The notes under the pieces are model-generated. The model searched no databases and was not told where the DNA came from. It saw only the letters and a list, made by a program, of their open reading frames with translations. 64,000 nt of DNA, from the NCBI GenBank assembly GCA_963751345.1, contig CAVVUS010000011.1, positions 288,001 to 352,000 on the forward strand, written 5' to 3'. Shown here in pieces: positions 61,843-64,000 of the stretch; the stretch's first letter is position 1, and each line of letters starts with the position of its first letter. A program made the position numbers and the translations under genes. The DNA is from an uncultured Chloroflexia bacterium (GTDB taxonomy: Bacteria; Chloroflexota; Anaerolineae; B4-G1; SLSP01).

Positions 61843-63042
61843 CTAACCTGACGGTCCGATTCGCCGTTCGCTATCTGTATCGAAGTAATAGAGCGCCTCC
61901 ACGGGGAGGACCACGCGTACGTCATAGCCCTGGGTGAGGCGCATGTCCAGGGGTGCTAGGACGCTCACCGCGAGGTCGCCGGCGCTGACGTAGGCCGTCT
62001 GCTGCCGGCGGCCGAAATCGGGCTCCACCACGTCAATGGTGCCGACGAACGTCAGCCCGGCAGCGGGGGCTGCATCGTTGGTCGGCCCGACCAAAGCCGC
62101 CTCGGGTCGGATGCCGATCGTGATCCGCTGGCCGTTGTGCACCGATGAAGCCAGCTCGGCCGGGATCGGAAAGCCGTGGCTCTGATCTATGACGAACCGG
62201 CCGCCGGACACCTCTGCGCCAATCAGGTTCATCGGAGGTTGGCCGAGAAAACCGGCGACGAAGAGATTCGTCGGGTCCTGCAGGATCTGCCAGAAGTTGC
62301 CCTCCTGCTCGATGCGGCCCGCTCGCATAACCGCGATGCTGTCAGCCAGGGCCATCGCTTCCGTCTGGTCGTGCGTGACGTACAGCGCCGTGATGCCAAA
62401 TCTGTGCAGCAACCACTTGATCTCCGTGCGCGTCCGGACGCGCAGCTTGGCATCCAGGTTCGAAAGGGGCTCATCGAAGAGAAAAAGCTCAGGCTGTCGC
62501 ACCAAAGCACGGGCTATGGCAAGCCGCTGTTGCTGTCCACCGGAGAGGGTGCCGGGCTTCCGCTTGAGGAGCGCCTGGAATCCAATGCCCATCATCTCGG
62601 AGGTCACCCGAATGCGCTCCTCCGCCTCCGCATCCGGCGCGTGATGGACCTGGAAGAAGAAGCTGAGATTCCCACGTCCGCGGAAATGTGGGTATAGGGC
62701 GTAGCTTTGGAAGACCATGCCGATGGTGCGGTCGCCGGGGGAGACCCCGCGCACGTCGCGACCATCGTAGGCGACGGTTCCCTCATAGTCCGTGAGACCG
62801 GCGACGACTCTGAGCAGCGTGCTCTTGCCGCAACCTGACGGGCCGACGACGACGGTCGTGGTGCCGTCAGGCACCACGAGGCTCAGGTGGTCGAGCGCAC
62901 GGACTTCCTCGGACGCCCCTGAATCAGGAGATCCGTCGCCGGCGCCAACATCCCCCGTCGTCCGCTTGCCACCGACCCATGTCGGCCCACCTGTGCCGGA
63001 CTTGAACACCTTGCTGACATCTTCCAGGCGAATCTCTGCCAC
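61843..63042 (-). CDS. ABC transporter ATP-binding protein (MalK-like with TOBE domain)
   Basis: GPSGCGKS, VFQSYALYPH, LSGGQQQR, FDEPLSNLD, YVTHDQ. Confidence 0.93.
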   Translation of the reverse strand: MAEIRLEDVSKVFKSGTGGPTWVGGKRTTGDVGAGDGSPDSGASEEVRALDHLSLVVPDGTTTVVVGPSGCGKSTLLRVVAGLTDYEGTVAYDGRDVRGVSPGDRTIGMVFQSYALYPHFRGRGNLSFFFQVHHAPDAEAEERIRVTSEMMGIGFQALLKRKPGTLSGGQQQRLAIARALVRQPELFLFDEPLSNLDAKLRVRTRTEIKWLLHRFGITALYVTHDQTEAMALADSIAVMRAGRIEQEGNFWQILQDPTNLFVAGFLGQPPMNLIGAEVSGGRFVIDQSHGFPIPAELASSVHNGQRITIGIRPEAALVGPTNDAAPAAGLTFVGTIDVVEPDFGRRQQTAYVSAGDLAVSVLAPLDMRLTQGYDVRVVLPVEALYYFDTDSERRIGPSG

Positions 63043-63057
63043 GTCCTCTTTCTTCCT

Positions 63058-63763
63058 CTATGCAGAGCCGGACGTATCGGTGTCCTTCTGCTTCTTACCG
63101 AACCTGCGCACGAGCGCCGCGATGAGCGGCGCCCCCACCATCACGACGACGTTCATCGCAATCGCTACTGCGAATTGCCACGACGTGGGGTCGGTCACGG
63201 AGGCTCCCAGGAGCACAAGTCCGACGCTGCCCGGGATGATGCCCAACGGCGTGGCAATCAGATAGGTGGCAAGCCGAACCTTGGTGAGACCTGCGACGTA
63301 GTTCTGGATTTCCCAGGGCAACACGGGAACCAGCCGCAACATCAGGATGAAGACGAACCCCCCCTGTCCCTCAGAGCGCGCATAGATCTCCTGGAGTCTC
63401 TCGCCCTTGATCTTCGACTCCACCCACTCGCGGCCAAGCTGACGCGCAAGGTTGAAGGGGATGAGGGAGGAGAACGTAGCGATGCAAATCACCAGGACCG
63501 AGCCCCACAGCGTCCCGAAAAGCAGCCCGCTGATTGGAGACAGGACCACCGTCATGAAGGGGATAGGGGCGCTGACGACGTAGATGACGGTATAAGCCAC
63601 CGGGGCCCACGCCCCAAACCCGCGAACGAAGGCTTCCACGTTCGGCGCTGTTGACGCTGTGGAACATCCGGAAGTAGAGCCAAGCTGTGACTGCGAAGAC
63701 GCCGAATACTACGACCACCAGTGGGATCTGGTACCATTTCCTGCGTGACTGCTCTTGCTCCAC
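63058..63763 (-). CDS. TVP38/TMEM64 (DedA/SNARE-associated) membrane protein; frameshift near 63645
   Basis: GLLFG..G, F.LAR.LGR, LRLVPVLP..NYVAGL, T.LG.IPG. Confidence 0.85.
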
Positions 63764-63764
63764 G

Positions 63765-64000
63765 TTAAGCCTCCTCGCCTGACCGGCTGCCGTCCACCTG
63801 CTTCCCGTGCTCTTTCGCATAGCTCCGGGCGATGTCGTCGGCCGTGGATCCCAGATAGAGGTACCGGAGCACGTTCCAGATCACTCGCCCTAAGTATACT
63901 AGCGATCCCTGCTGAAGATAACGTACACTCGACGTGACGATGCGGTCGGGGAGGAGGACGATCCTTCCGCGCCGGTGCAGGGCCCTGGCCATTTCGACAT
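63765..64000 (-). CDS. Glycosyltransferase family 2, C-terminal fragment truncated by window edge
   Basis: VEMARALHRRGRIVLL..IVTSSVRY..G resembles the TIGR04283-type GT2 C-terminus. Confidence 0.6.
   Translation of the reverse strand, partial: VEMARALHRRGRIVLLPDRIVTSSVRYLQQGSLVYLGRVIWNVLRYLYLGSTADDIARSYAKEHGKQVDGSRSGEEA

Overview
High-GC bacterial DNA, most consistent with Chloroflexota (Anaerolineae-like; inferred from gene families only). About 20 single-base frameshifts scattered through otherwise intact genes point to long-read consensus errors. Left to right: (1) 1-10.9 kb, phosphoketolase and acetate kinase followed by a 10-gene membrane-bound group 4 [NiFe]-hydrogenase operon. (2) 10.9-32.1 kb, minus strand, a phage-tail-like contractile injection system (CIS): AAA ATPase, DUF4157 protein, DUF4255 cap, sheath, two tube genes, assembly chaperone, a low-complexity protein, LysM tube initiator, VgrG, PAAR, gp25 and baseplate. 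No capsid, tail fibre, lysis or T6SS membrane-complex genes are recognisable. The last baseplate wedge protein carries an N-terminal FHA (phosphothreonine-binding) domain, and the operon ends in a large membrane-spanning Ser/Thr kinase with FHA, Ig-like and SH3b domains. This suggests a phosphorylation-gated, membrane-docking CIS, the best candidate here for an undescribed system. (3) 32-64 kb, mixed metabolic genes: radical SAM protein, YigZ, xanthine-dehydrogenase-family trio, sulfite-oxidase-family enzyme, two-component systems, an atypical LysW-like protein opposite a kamA / ATP-grasp / amidohydrolase cluster, sugar-acid catabolism, fbaB, rnhA, a LysM-CAP protein and a CruF / tocopherol-cyclase-like operon. 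All family assignments come from motif recognition by eye; no database search was run.
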